Positions 10,178-20,360 are shown, counted from the stretch's first letter. The stretch: DNA of 64,000 nucleotides from an uncultured Gemmatimonadota bacterium (GCA_964510615.1 CAZEBA010000010.1:15754-79753); one strand, 5' to 3'. The notes: generated by a model not told the origin, from the letters alone. Made by a program: numbers and translations.

Positions 10178-11431
10178 CTAGGCGCCCGCCGTCATCGAAT
10201 CGAGGAACTCCTGGTTGGTCTTGGTGCGGTTCAAACGCTCGATCAGGAACTGGACGGCCTCCGCCGGCGGCATGTCGGAGAGGAAATTCCGGAGCAGGTA
10301 CATCCGGTTCAGCTCCGTCTCGGTCAGCAACAGTTCCTCCTTACGCGTGCTCGAGCGGTTGAGGTCGAGGGCGGGGTAGATGCGCTTGTCGGCGATCTGG
10401 CGGTCCAGAATCACTTCGCTGTTCCCGGTGCCCTTGAACTCCTCGAAGATCACCTCGTCCATCCGGCTGCCGGTGTCGACGAGCGCGGTGGCGCAGATGG
10501 TGAGGCTGCCCCCCTCCTCGATGTTCCGCGCCGCCCCGAAGAATCGCTTCGGTTTGTGGAGCGCGTTGGCGTCCACGCCCCCGGAGAGGATCTTGCCCGA
10601 ATGCGGCACGGTGGTGTTGTATGCTCGCGCGAGCCGGGTGATCGAGTCGAGCAGGATCACCACATCCTGCTGATACTCCACCAACCGCTTCGCCTTTTCG
10701 AGCACCATCTCGGCCACCTGCGTATGCCGGTCCGCCGGCTCGTCGAACGTCGAGGCGATGATCTCGGCCGCCACGTTCTCCTCCATGTCCGTGACCTCCT
10801 CCGGTCGTTCATCGATCAGGAGAACGATGAGCTTGCATTCCGGGTGATTGGCCAGGATGGAGTTCGCGATCTTCTGGAGCAGGATCGTCTTGCCGGCCTT
10901 CGGCGGAGACACGATGAGGCTCCGTTGTCCCTTGCCGATGGGCGCGATCAGATCGAGGATCCGCATCGAGATGTCCCCCGTGTCCCGCTCCAGTCGCAGC
11001 CGCTCCTCGGGATAGCGGGGGCGGAGATTGTCGAAGCCGATCCGGTGCTTGGCCTTCTCCGGATCCGCGCCGTTGACCGCCTCGACCTTCAGCAGGGCGA
11101 GGTACTTCTCACCCTCCTTCGGCGGGCGTACCTGGCCGAGCACCGTGTCACCGGTGCGCATGTCGAATCGTTTGATCTGCGACGGGGAGACGTAGATGTC
11201 GTCGGGGCCGTACAGGTAGTTCCAATCCTGACTTCGCAGGAAGCCGTAGCCTTCGGGAAGGATCTCGAGCACGCCCTCCCCGCGGAGAACCACGTCCGAG
11301 TCGAGCAGGTTCTGCTCGATACGGAAGATGAGATCCTGTTTCCGCAGGCCCGAGTAGTTGTGGATGCTCAACTCTTCCGCCATCTCGTGAAGATCGGCGA
11401 TGGACTTGGACTTCAGCTCGGCAATGTCCAC
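10178..11431 (-). CDS. rho: Transcription termination factor Rho
   Basis: N-terminus [21 protein letters not shown]; RNA-binding OB domain; Walker A PPKAGKT; full Rho architecture (417 aa). Confidence 0.95.
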   Translation of the reverse strand: MDIAELKSKSIADLHEMAEELSIHNYSGLRKQDLIFRIEQNLLDSDVVLRGEGVLEILPEGYGFLRSQDWNYLYGPDDIYVSPSQIKRFDMRTGDTVLGQVRPPKEGEKYLALLKVEAVNGADPEKAKHRIGFDNLRPRYPEERLRLERDTGDISMRILDLIAPIGKGQRSLIVSPPKAGKTILLQKIANSILANHPECKLIVLLIDERPEEVTDMEENVAAEIIASTFDEPADRHTQVAEMVLEKAKRLVEYQQDVVILLDSITRLARAYNTTVPHSGKILSGGVDANALHKPKRFFGAARNIEEGGSLTICATALVDTGSRMDEVIFEEFKGTGNSEVILDRQIADKRIYPALDLNRSSTRKEELLLTETELNRMYLLRNFLSDMPPAEAVQFLIERLNRTKTNQEFLDSMTAGA

Positions 11432-11580
11432 GGAATGAACTCCGACTCGCAGTGAAGGCCCGTCACGGGCTCAGGTTCGCGTCAGGATTTCCAGGATTGT
11501 ATCAAGAGGTCGCGGGAGCGGGGTGGATTCGAGAGAATGAATAACTGCGGTCGAGAAACGGGTCAAGCCGGGAGGAGCAG

Positions 11581-11937
11581 ATGGCGCGCCACAATCGCGA
11601 AGCTCGCGGGGTCGACCAGCGCGGCGAGCTGTGGATCATTGGTTACCAGCCGGACTGGTTGAGCCGGGTCAAGATCTCCCGCAAGCTACCGCGAGGACGC
11701 CGTCGCTCGCGCCTCACCATCTTCCGGAATCCGTCGCGGCAGGCGCAGGCGAAGCCCGGAAAGGTGGTGCGGACGCGAATCGCGGCCGCGGACGGCTCGG
11801 CCGAGTTCACCGTCGCGCTGGAGGACCGCAAGGGAGTCGTCGAGTCGATCATCGTCACGACGCGCCGTGGCAAGCAGCAGAAGGAGCGGGTGGATTTCGT
11901 GCTGCAGGGCCGCATGCCGCCGCCGACCCCACGGTAG
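11581..11937 (+). CDS. Hypothetical small basic protein
   Basis: 118-aa ORF with GGGAGGAG RBS, divergent from rho; Arg/Lys-rich; no recognisable family. Confidence 0.35.
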   Translation: MARHNREARGVDQRGELWIIGYQPDWLSRVKISRKLPRGRRRSRLTIFRNPSRQAQAKPGKVVRTRIAAADGSAEFTVALEDRKGVVESIIVTTRRGKQQKERVDFVLQGRMPPPTPR

Positions 11938-11964
11938 GGTGGCCCGTCCGCCTCGACGGGTTCG

Positions 11965-12900
11965 CTAGAACAGCCGCACGCGCAACCAGCGGAAGGGAGT
12001 CGAGGCCAGCTCCGCCCGTACGGTGTCGGCGCGGGCGCGAAACAGCCGAACCTGGTTCTCGATCTCACGGTCGTGCAGGGCCCGGCCGGCGCTTCCACGA
12101 GCGGCGGAAAGGTGGTCCTGCAGCGACTCCACGCTCGCCGCCAGCGCCTCGAACCGGGATCCGAGGCGCACCCGGAGCCGCTCCGAGGCGCGTGACTCCA
12201 GCACCGACAGTTGCTCACGCGTGCGTCGGAGCCGAGAGGCCAGCGCGGTGTCGGTCAGGAGCTTGCCCAGAGTGCCGGAGCGTGCGTTGAGCCGATTGAG
12301 CTCCGAGAAGCCGGCAAGCACCTCCCGGAGCTCAAGGCCGGAGCGCGAGAGCCCGGCGATCGGCCCCTCCGCCTCGTGCAGGCTTTCCGCCAGGCGCGAG
12401 GCGATCGGCCGCAGTTCGTCGGCCACGATCCGGAGGCTGTCGGCGAACTTCTCGACTTCTCGCATCGTCACCGACAGCCGAGCGGTCAGGGTGTCGCCAA
12501 AGTCGTACGGAGGCGCGCCGGCTCCGCCGGGCTCGATGTCGACCACGAACGGGGCCAGCAGACCCGATGGCTTGATGGTCGCCCGCGCATCGCGCCGCAG
12601 CGCTCGGGCCGGCACCCGATCGAGCACGGCCCGGATCTCGAGGCTGGGGGACCGCGACTCGGCGCCGACGAAACGGATGTCGGTGATTCTGCCGGCCTTC
12701 ACCCCGGCCACCCAGACATCGCCCCCTGGTCGGAGCTCGCCCGCCTCCGCCGCCACCAGCACGAGAACGGCCCCGCTCTCGACCGCCAGGCGGGCCTCGT
12801 CCATGAAGAAGATGGCCGCGGCGGCGCCTGCGAGAACGCCCAGTTGCAGGACGCCTCTCCGCAGATCGAGCCACCTACGCGGTCTCCGATCCGAGCGCAT
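11965..12900 (-). CDS. MCE/MlaD-family protein (membrane-anchored, C-terminal coiled coil)
   Basis: Start ATG (cat at 12898-12900). N-terminal TM LQLGVLAGAAAAIFF; Mce motif GGDVWVAGVKAGRITDIRFV. The longer ORF to 13569 would overlap ssb and is rejected. Confidence 0.65.
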   Translation of the reverse strand: MRSDRRPRRWLDLRRGVLQLGVLAGAAAAIFFMDEARLAVESGAVLVLVAAEAGELRPGGDVWVAGVKAGRITDIRFVGAESRSPSLEIRAVLDRVPARALRRDARATIKPSGLLAPFVVDIEPGGAGAPPYDFGDTLTARLSVTMREVEKFADSLRIVADELRPIASRLAESLHEAEGPIAGLSRSGLELREVLAGFSELNRLNARSGTLGKLLTDTALASRLRRTREQLSVLESRASERLRVRLGSRFEALAASVESLQDHLSAARGSAGRALHDREIENQVRLFRARADTVRAELASTPFRWLRVRLF

Positions 12901-13071
12901 GCCGGATCTTGAGGAGAGCGGAAGCTCGAGGCAAATGCGCACGACCGCTCGTGTGCCAAACCGAGATCTGGCACATGCCCCGTTGGAGATCGCCTTCGGA
13001 AGGACATACTGGGTTCGGCGCCGCTGCGCTCGCCGATGGTCCGTCCGCAGGATTCCAACGAGGAGACTCCC

Positions 13072-13449
13072 ATGGCCCGATCGATCAACCGCGTCATTCT
13101 GGTAGGCAACGCCGGCTCGGACCCCGACGTCCGCGAGACGAAGGATGGTACGCCGGTGGCTCACCTCTCGCTTGCCACCGACCGCCGCTTTCGGCAGAAC
13201 GGGGAGGAGCAGCGGCGGACGGAGTGGCACCGCCTGACCTTCTGGGGCAAGGCCTCCGATATCGTCGCGCGCTTCGTCCGCCGGGGCAGTCGCCTGTACG
13301 TCGAGGGGCGCCTGGAGTACGGGTCGTACGAACGTGACGGTGTGGCGATTCCGACCGTGGATGTCATCGTCCAGGACTTCGTCCTGCTGGACGGCTCGGC
13401 CGCCGGCGCGATCTCCGAAGCGGACGCGGAGGCATCGATGCTGGCCTGA
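13072..13449 (+). CDS. ssb: Single-stranded DNA-binding protein
   Basis: MARSINRVILVGNAGSDPDVRETKDGTPVAHLSLATDRRF...WHRLTFWGKASDIVARFVRRGSRLYVEGRLEY; ATG at 13072 after AGGAGA. Ends ...EADAEASMLA without the usual DDDIPF tip. Confidence 0.85.
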   Translation: MARSINRVILVGNAGSDPDVRETKDGTPVAHLSLATDRRFRQNGEEQRRTEWHRLTFWGKASDIVARFVRRGSRLYVEGRLEYGSYERDGVAIPTVDVIVQDFVLLDGSAAGAISEADAEASMLA

Positions 13450-13451
13450 CC

Positions 13452-13479
13452 GCGGGCGGCGGGATCCAGCCGCCGCCCC
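13452..13479 (+). terminator. GC-rich hairpin downstream of ssb (possible terminator)
   Basis: GCGGGCGGCGGgatccaGCCGCCGCCCC, a perfect 11-bp stem, followed by TTGGTT. Confidence 0.35.
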
Positions 13480-13520
13480 TTGGTTGCATCCCCCCCGGGA
13501 GCCCGAGATCTTCCCCCTTC

Positions 13521-14525
13521 GTGACTTGCGAGCCGAACGCGGGTCCTCTGACCGGCCCGCTCTTCGCATGGGGTCCCGTCTCGACGCAGGAGCCGCGGGT
13601 GAAGGCGGCCCCTGATCCGCTACTGGCGGGTCCTGACCGGGCCCTCCGCGTCCTGGTGACCGGAGCGACCGGCTTCGTCGGCCGCCATCTGATCCCCCGG
13701 CTGCTACGCCGCGGCCACTCCCTGCGAGCCGTGGCGCGGCGATCCTTGCCGGAGGACTGGAAGGGTGGGGTGGAGTGGTTCCCGTCGGATGTGACCGACG
13801 CCACCACCCTGCGACATGCGGCGGATGCGTGCGACGTGGTCGTCCACCTGGTAGGGATCGGAGGACCGGACCCGGAACGCAGGTACCGTGAGATCCATGT
13901 CGGCGGCACGAGCAACCTGCTGGCCGCGGCCGGACGGGCCGGCGTGGACCGGTTCGTCTACATCAGCACCGTCGGGGCTTCGACGGCCGGAGGGCCCTAT
14001 TTTCGGACGAAGCACGCGGCGGAGCGGCTCGTGCGCGACTCTGGACTGGATTTCGTGATCTTCCGACCATCGATCATCTACGGACCCGGAGATCACTTCA
14101 CGACGGCCCTCGTGCAGCTGCTCACCCGACTGCCGGTGTTTCCGGTCCTCGATCTCCGTCGCTCGAGGCTCCAGCCAGTAGCGATCGAGGACGTCGCCGA
14201 CGCTCTGGTTCAGGCGGTCGAGCGCCCCGACGTTACCGGACAGACGTTCGAGATCGCCGGCCCGGAGCGACTCGAGTTCGCCAAGATCGTGAGGATCGTG
14301 GCGCGGGCTGCCGGAGTGATGCGGCCGGTGGTGAAGCTGCCCCGCGCACTGAGCCGCCCGGCCCTCTCGATGGCCGCGCGTCTCGGCCTTCCGCAGCCGA
14401 TCACGCCGGATCAGCTCGAGATGTTTCGGGGAGCCAGCGTCCTGCGCCGGCGGTCGAACCCGCTGCGGACCGTCTTCCGGCTCGAGCCGCTGACCTTCGC
14501 GGCCACCGTGCGGGACTACCTTTGA
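13521..14525 (+). CDS. NAD(P)-binding atypical SDR / NAD-dependent epimerase-dehydratase family protein (NmrA/NDUFA9-like)
   Basis: Rossmann motif VLVTGATGFVGRHLIPRLL; exact start uncertain. Confidence 0.7.
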   Translation: MTCEPNAGPLTGPLFAWGPVSTQEPRVKAAPDPLLAGPDRALRVLVTGATGFVGRHLIPRLLRRGHSLRAVARRSLPEDWKGGVEWFPSDVTDATTLRHAADACDVVVHLVGIGGPDPERRYREIHVGGTSNLLAAAGRAGVDRFVYISTVGASTAGGPYFRTKHAAERLVRDSGLDFVIFRPSIIYGPGDHFTTALVQLLTRLPVFPVLDLRRSRLQPVAIEDVADALVQAVERPDVTGQTFEIAGPERLEFAKIVRIVARAAGVMRPVVKLPRALSRPALSMAARLGLPQPITPDQLEMFRGASVLRRRSNPLRTVFRLEPLTFAATVRDYL

Positions 14526-15079
14526 TCGATCCGGCCGCGGGGCACGGGCACCGCCACGACCCGGGGTTCCTCACCGTATCCAATCTGCTCTCGCTGGGGA
14601 GAATCCCCCTCGGCGTCATGTTCCTGGTCACGAACGATCCGAGAACGCTCGCGCTGATCGTCTTCGGCGGCGCCCTGACGGACCTGCTGGATGGCCTGAT
14701 CGCCAGGATCAGCGGCACCACCTCGGAGGTCGGGATCCTGCTGGATCCGTTCTGCGACAAGCTCTTCGTGCTGCTGGGATTGGTCTCGTTCCTACCATCG
14801 GGTCGTCTGGGCTGGGCCGGGTTCGTGATCCTGATCCTGCGGGATGTCTTCACGGGCGGCTCCTACCTGGTCAGTCGACTCGTCGGGCGCGACATGCATC
14901 CCCGCTCGCGCATGGGCGGCAAGGTGACCACGTTCTTTCAGCTGTTGACGCTCCTCGCGCTCATCTTCTGGCCGGTCGCCGTCCCGGTGCTCATCCTGGT
15001 GGTCGGCATCGCTTCCGTGTACGCCATCATCGACTACGGCGTGTTCCTCATCCGGCAGGAGCAGCTCGCCAGATCGTGA
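14522..15079 (+). CDS. CDP-alcohol phosphatidyltransferase family protein (PgsA-like)
   Basis: TTG start overlapping the upstream stop (TTGA); motif DLLDGLIARISGTTSEVGILLDPFCDK; polytopic membrane protein. Confidence 0.75.
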   Translation: MIDPAAGHGHRHDPGFLTVSNLLSLGRIPLGVMFLVTNDPRTLALIVFGGALTDLLDGLIARISGTTSEVGILLDPFCDKLFVLLGLVSFLPSGRLGWAGFVILILRDVFTGGSYLVSRLVGRDMHPRSRMGGKVTTFFQLLTLLALIFWPVAVPVLILVVGIASVYAIIDYGVFLIRQEQLARS

Positions 15080-16197
15080 TTCGCCTCCTCCACCTCGCCG
15101 ATGCACACCTCGGGGCTGCCTACTCGGGCTTCGAGCCGGTGGCCGAGGCACGCCGAGACGAAGTGGTCGGCGCCTTCCGGGGGCTGCCCGACGCGGCCGA
15201 GAAGGCGGGGGCGCACGCCGTGGTGCTCTGTGGCGACCTGTTCGATGGACCCCGACCTGGGGAACGCTTGCTGGCGGCCGTTCGGGAGGTGTCGCGTCGC
15301 CTGCAGGAGTCAGGTCGGCCGGTGCTCGCGATTCCGGGCAACCACGACGCGATCTCGCTCAACCCGTCACTGTACGCGGACGCTCTGCCGGAGGCCCACC
15401 TTTTCCTCGAGCCGAGCTTCGGACCGGCTCGCCGGGTCGAGACCGTCGCGGGCAGCCTCAACGCCTACGGCATAGCCTATGACCGCACGCGCGACGAGAA
15501 TCCGCTCTCCTCGTTCCGGAGGTCCCAGGAGCCGGGCGTACACGTCGTGCTGCTGCACGGCGCCGTTCCCGATGCGCCGCACTGGAGCGAGCCGGCATCG
15601 CTCAGCCTGCCGCCGGAACGGTTGGCCGAGCTGGAGGCCGATTACGTAGCGCTCGGGGACTATCACCGGTTCCGCCCGCCGGACGCGTTCGGATCCGCGA
15701 GCCGGGCCTGCTACGCGGGTTCTTTCGCCGCGGTCGACATCGCCGAAGACGGACCCCGCGGGTACGTGATCGCGGACGTCGGGGAGGGGGAGCCGCCGCG
15801 GGTGCGGCACGTGTCGTCCGGCGTGCGCGAGGTCGCACGACTGGGCGACGTCGATGTCGGCGCCGTCCCGAACGAGCTCGCGGTGGCGGAGCTGCTGAGG
15901 AGCCGGATTCCGCCGGATACGGTGCCTGTGGTTCGCCTGGTCGGAGAGCCCGCCTTTCCGCTCGATGCGGAGAAGGTCCGGCTCGACCTGCAGGAGCGGT
16001 ACGGCTGTGTTCGTCTCGAGGATGCGACCCGATTCTACGCCTCGGCCCGGCTAGCGGAGATCGCTCGGGAGAGGACCGTCGCCGGCCACGTAGCCCGGCT
16101 CGGCCTGTGTCGGGCGGAGGCGGCGGAGGACCCCGAGGGGCGTCTGGATGCGGAACGGGCGCTGCGGATCGTGCTTCGGAGCCTCGGGGTCCAATGA
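15076..16197 (+). CDS. SbcD/Mre11-like (YhaO-like) calcineurin-type phosphoesterase, DNA repair nuclease
   Basis: Motifs LHLADAHLG, GDLFD, GNHD, LLHG and GDYH in order; GTGA overlap with the upstream gene. Confidence 0.75.
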   Translation: MIRLLHLADAHLGAAYSGFEPVAEARRDEVVGAFRGLPDAAEKAGAHAVVLCGDLFDGPRPGERLLAAVREVSRRLQESGRPVLAIPGNHDAISLNPSLYADALPEAHLFLEPSFGPARRVETVAGSLNAYGIAYDRTRDENPLSSFRRSQEPGVHVVLLHGAVPDAPHWSEPASLSLPPERLAELEADYVALGDYHRFRPPDAFGSASRACYAGSFAAVDIAEDGPRGYVIADVGEGEPPRVRHVSSGVREVARLGDVDVGAVPNELAVAELLRSRIPPDTVPVVRLVGEPAFPLDAEKVRLDLQERYGCVRLEDATRFYASARLAEIARERTVAGHVARLGLCRAEAAEDPEGRLDAERALRIVLRSLGVQ

Positions 16198-18587
16198 GCA
16201 AGCTGCGCTTCGAGTCTCTGGAGCTCGATTACGGCTGTCTCCACGGCCGCTATCGGTTTCCGTCCAAGGGCGAACCGATCGTGGTGGTGGGATCCAACGG
16301 GTCGGGAAAGTCGACGCTCGTCGACGGGCTGGTGCGCACCCTGTTCGGGTTCAATCGCCGGGAGCCCGATGCCCGCCAGCAGCAGGAGCACCGGCGGCCC
16401 TGGAAGGGAGGAGCGTTTCGGGCCGTTCTGGAGCTGGCCGATGCCGCTGGCCGACTGTCGATCACGCGCGACTTCGAGACCCACGAGGTCATCGTCTCTC
16501 GACCCGCCACCGGAGAGGAGTTGCTGCGCGGCGAGGCGAACCCGGCGGCTCCGACGAGCTCGAACCAGCGAGAGTACCGGCAGCTGCTGGAGACCGTGGT
16601 CGGGCTCGTCGAGCTGTCGGACTACGAGCGAACGGCGTGCATTCACCAGGGCCGGCTTCTCGAGACCGCCCTCGCCCAGGACCTGCTGCGAATCGCGGCG
16701 GGGGGACACGCCGACGTCGAGGCGGCTCGGGTGGCGATTCGCGGTCGCTATCACGAGTTGACCCTGGCGCCGATCGAGCCCGGGGGCAGCCGCCGGCGCA
16801 AGGCCGGCGCGCTCGAGCGGCTCGAAGCCGAGCTCGAGAAGCTCGACTCGCGGCTCGAGGCGACCCGGCGGGCGGAGGACGAGCGGGCGCCGCTCCTCCA
16901 CGCGGGCGCGGCGCTCGCCGCCGACCTGGATCGCCTTCGCGAGGACGTGCGGCGGCTCGAAGAGAGGCATGCGGCCCTGGCCCGGCTGCGCGTGCTACAG
17001 GGGCGTGAGGAGACATCGCTACAGCGCATCCAGCACCTGGAGGAGGCGGAGAAGGAGCTCCGGGAGACGATCTGGAAGGTGGAGGCCGCCGACGACCGGT
17101 CGGACGTCCGCGCGTTCCCGCCCGACTACCTGGAGAGACTGGCCTCGCTCGAGGAGCTGTGGCCACGGCTCGATGAGGTACGAGCTGCGCAGGCGATCGC
17201 TGAACGGGAGCCGGTGCAGACGGAAGCTGCCACGGGTCGGGCGGCGAGCGGCCGTCTTGCCGCAGGAGCCGTGCTGGTGGCGGTGGGGGCGGTCCTTGTC
17301 GGACTGGGGGAGGGATGGGTGAGGGCGTGGGGAGCGGCGCTTGCTCTCGCGGGGGTTGGCCTCGTGGGGCTCGCGCTCCGGTCGCGCGCCGTCGACCAGC
17401 CGCCCGGCGACAGGGTGGTGGTCGAGCGGGGGAGAGGGGACCTGAACATCGAGGCCATCGAAAGCCGCATCGAGAGCAGGTTGGAGGGACTCCCCGGGAG
17501 AGAGGAGCTCACGCCGGAGACGCTGGCGGATCGGCGCCGCGAGTTCGCGGCCTGGCGATCGAACCGGGATCGGCTGGAAGAGACGGAGCGGCGGCTGCGG
17601 GAGGCGACTGGCCGGGCGATCCGAACCCTGGGCTCCGGGCGCCCGAACGGGCCGGCCGAGCTTCCGGATCCTTCGGCCTCCGGGCGCGCGGACGAGCCGG
17701 CCGAGCTTCCGGAGCCTTCGCCTTCCGCGCCGGACGGGAGCCGCGAGGGAGCCATCGCAGCCGGGAGAAGACTCCTGTCGCAGCTGGAGGCCACGCTTTC
17801 GTGCGAGCGAAACGACGTGCTGGCGCCCACCCGGATCGAGCTCGAGCGCGAGCGCTCGGCAGTCGGAGAGACGGAGACGGATGCCCGGGAGGCCTTTGGA
17901 CTGGCCGACAGAGAGCTGCAGGAGCGGCGCCTGCAGCTGACGGCCAAGGTGGAGGACGAGCGGGATATACAGCGTCGGCTGTTGGACCTCGGGCGGCCCG
18001 AGGAGAGTTCGGTGGCGCTGATGGGAGCGCGACGGGCCGTCGAGTCGTCGCTCATCGAGGCTCGGCGCGAAGCGGCGGCGTATGCGGGCGCCTGGGCGCT
18101 GCTGGAAGAGGCCTACGAGGAGTTCCGCGAGACCGATCAGGAGCGCCTGGTAGGCCATATCGACGCCCATCTCGCCGTTCTGGGCGGTGGCAGGCTGGGG
18201 CCGCTCGTCGTGCCGGGCGATCTCGACTCGGCGAGCCTCCTGTATGCCGGACGGCCGGTGGCGCTCAGCTCCCCGCCGCTGAGCTACGGAGAGCTGCACG
18301 TCGTCCTGTTCGCTGTGCGCATCGGAGCGGCCGATTTCCTCGCCGGCCTCGGGGTGGGGCTACCGCTCCTGGTGGACGATCCCTTCGTTCACCTGGACGT
18401 CCCGAGGGCAGGGCAGGTCTGGCAGCTGCTGCGGACGATCGCTCGCGATCGGCAGGTGCTGGTGACCACGCAGGATCGCCTGGTCGTCGAGCACCTCGGG
18501 ATCCGGCCGGACCACGATCTCGACGGGCCGCGGCGGCCTCTCTCGACCCAGATGGAGCTTCCGGTCGACGGCGGGGACTCTGATTGA
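16194..18587 (+). CDS. SbcC/YhaN-like SMC-type ATPase with a central double transmembrane segment
   Basis: ATGA overlap with the sbcD-like gene. N-terminal LRFESLELDYG...VVVGSNGSGKSTLVDGLVRTLFGF (YhaN/SbcC Walker A); C-terminal LLVDDPFVHLD (Walker B/D-loop). Mid-protein hydrophobic pair AGAVLVAVGAVLVGLG...WGAALALAGVGLVGLAL. Confidence 0.7.
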   Translation: MSKLRFESLELDYGCLHGRYRFPSKGEPIVVVGSNGSGKSTLVDGLVRTLFGFNRREPDARQQQEHRRPWKGGAFRAVLELADAAGRLSITRDFETHEVIVSRPATGEELLRGEANPAAPTSSNQREYRQLLETVVGLVELSDYERTACIHQGRLLETALAQDLLRIAAGGHADVEAARVAIRGRYHELTLAPIEPGGSRRRKAGALERLEAELEKLDSRLEATRRAEDERAPLLHAGAALAADLDRLREDVRRLEERHAALARLRVLQGREETSLQRIQHLEEAEKELRETIWKVEAADDRSDVRAFPPDYLERLASLEELWPRLDEVRAAQAIAEREPVQTEAATGRAASGRLAAGAVLVAVGAVLVGLGEGWVRAWGAALALAGVGLVGLALRSRAVDQPPGDRVVVERGRGDLNIEAIESRIESRLEGLPGREELTPETLADRRREFAAWRSNRDRLEETERRLREATGRAIRTLGSGRPNGPAELPDPSASGRADEPAELPEPSPSAPDGSREGAIAAGRRLLSQLEATLSCERNDVLAPTRIELERERSAVGETETDAREAFGLADRELQERRLQLTAKVEDERDIQRRLLDLGRPEESSVALMGARRAVESSLIEARREAAAYAGAWALLEEAYEEFRETDQERLVGHIDAHLAVLGGGRLGPLVVPGDLDSASLLYAGRPVALSSPPLSYGELHVVLFAVRIGAADFLAGLGVGLPLLVDDPFVHLDVPRAGQVWQLLRTIARDRQVLVTTQDRLVVEHLGIRPDHDLDGPRRPLSTQMELPVDGGDSD

Positions 18588-18610
18588 CTCCGCGGGTCGG
18601 CGGGGTCGAC

Positions 18611-19141
18611 CTATGCCGAGCCGCCGGGCAGCAGCTGCGCGTGCCAGCTCTCGCCGGCTGGCAGCTCCCAGCGGCCGGAGCGCAGCTCGGCCAGGCTCTG
18701 TACGCCGAGGTCGAAGACGATGCTCTCGCGCGACACTTCGCCCCGCTTCGCGCGCTCGTGGAACTCGGTTCGCCCGACGCAGCGGATCGCTCCGTCGCCA
18801 CGATACCAGACGCGGGATCCGTCCAGCAGCTCGATACGGAACGCTCGCTCCAGCTCGCGGACGTGGTGCGTGAGAGCGTCGATCGAGCAACCCGACGCGG
18901 CCGCGCGACGTTCGTCGACCGCGATGAGAAGGAACCGGTCGTAGCGCCACTCGAAGCTCGCGGTCAATCCTTCTCCATGCGCGGCCCAATCTCGGACGAA
19001 GGTCTCGGTCGCATCGGCCAGTCGCCTCGCTTCCGGACCCACGAGCGTACGGTTCGAGCCGAAGATCCAGAGACGGGCATCATCGGACAGGTCCTGCAGC
19101 GACGGTCGGTCCTCCGGCCGGGCCGGACGGGCTAGGGTCAT
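18611..19141 (-). CDS. Hypothetical protein
   Basis: 177 aa from ATG at 19141 (MTLARPARPEDRP...); directly downstream of the FtsX permease gene; no Walker motif or other signature. Confidence 0.4.
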   Translation of the reverse strand: MTLARPARPEDRPSLQDLSDDARLWIFGSNRTLVGPEARRLADATETFVRDWAAHGEGLTASFEWRYDRFLLIAVDERRAAASGCSIDALTHHVRELERAFRIELLDGSRVWYRGDGAIRCVGRTEFHERAKRGEVSRESIVFDLGVQSLAELRSGRWELPAGESWHAQLLPGGSA

Positions 19142-19148
19142 GGTGCGC

Positions 19149-20360
19149 CTACTCGTACCGAAGGGCGACGATCGGATCGAGCTTCGCCGCGCGGCGGGCC
19201 GGCCACATGCCGAAGAAGAGGCCAACGGAAGCGGAGAAGAGGACGGCGAGCAGGATCGCCTCGCCGGACACGGCCGTGTTCCAGTTGGCCAGCCGCGACA
19301 GGACGCTGGAGCCGGTCACGCCGACGGCGATGCCCAGCGCGCCCCCCACGAGGCAGAGCACCAGCGCCTCCAGCAGAAACTGCATGAGCACGACTCGTCG
19401 GGTGGCGCCCATGGCCTTTCGGACACCGATCTCTCGGGTTCGCTCGGTCACCGAAACGAGCATGATGTTCATGATGCCGATGCCGCCGACGAGCAGACTC
19501 ACCGCCGCGATGCCGGCAAGCAGAATGGAGAACGTCCGCGTCGTCTCCTCCTGGGTGCCCATGAGCTCGGCCCGATCCTGGATCCAGAAGTCGTTCTCAT
19601 CGCCCACGCGCAGCCGGTGCTGCCGGCGCAGGATCTCCTCGACCTGGCTCATGGCGACGGACTGTGCGGTGCCCGCCGCCATCTGGATGTTGAACGATGA
19701 GAGCTCATCCGTGCCCATGAGGCGGAAGCGGGCGGTCTGGAGAGGAACGTAGATCTGCTCGTCGTAGTTGAACCAGCTGAAGCTTCCCTTCTCCTCCAGC
19801 ACGCCCACCACTTCGAAGGTGATGTTTCGGATCCGGATCTGTCGGCCCACGAGCTGCTCGGCGGATACGCCGAGGGTCGCGGGCACCGCGCCGCCCAGCA
19901 CCGCCACCCGTCGCCTTCCCTCGTTCTCCTCCTGGCCGAAGAAGCGACCTAGCGCGACGGCGTACCCGTTGATCTCTGCGTACTCGGGGCTCGTGCCTAC
20001 GACCCGCATGTTCGCGTTCGTGGCTCCGGCCTCGACCTGGAGGCTCGAGCGCATCTCCGGGGCGACCGCGACGACGGACGGAGCGTCACGCAGCACGGTT
20101 TCGGCGTCCTCGGGCGTCAGTTCGGCTGAGGCCCCCGATCTCACGCCGTGGAACCAGAGCTGGCCCGGGCGGACGGTGAGTACGTTCGTTCCCAGCCGGG
20201 CGATCTGCGCCTGGACGGCGCGCTGCGCTCCCTCGCCGAGCGCGACCATCGCGATCACGGCCGCCACGCCGATCACGATCCCGAGCATGGTCAGGAGGGA
20301 TCGGAGCTTGTGGGCTCGGATCGCCGTGAGCGCGACCCGCATCGTCTCGAGAAGCAGCAT
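19149..20360 (-). CDS. ABC transporter permease, FtsX/MacB-type (no ATPase domain)
   Basis: N-terminal TM, then a large periplasmic domain, then the C-terminal FtsX 3-TM bundle (…ILLAGIAAVSLLVGGIGIMNIMLVSVTERTREIGVRKAMGA…). Confidence 0.8.
   Translation of the reverse strand: MLLLETMRVALTAIRAHKLRSLLTMLGIVIGVAAVIAMVALGEGAQRAVQAQIARLGTNVLTVRPGQLWFHGVRSGASAELTPEDAETVLRDAPSVVAVAPEMRSSLQVEAGATNANMRVVGTSPEYAEINGYAVALGRFFGQEENEGRRRVAVLGGAVPATLGVSAEQLVGRQIRIRNITFEVVGVLEEKGSFSWFNYDEQIYVPLQTARFRLMGTDELSSFNIQMAAGTAQSVAMSQVEEILRRQHRLRVGDENDFWIQDRAELMGTQEETTRTFSILLAGIAAVSLLVGGIGIMNIMLVSVTERTREIGVRKAMGATRRVVLMQFLLEALVLCLVGGALGIAVGVTGSSVLSRLANWNTAVSGEAILLAVLFSASVGLFFGMWPARRAAKLDPIVALRYE

Noticed and set aside
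13450-13569. Upstream extension of the MlaD-like ORF to 13569 (534 aa)
   Set aside because: The extension would overlap the ssb gene antisense and is Arg-rich; an internal ATG at 12900 with TM + Mce domain gives a normal MCE protein.
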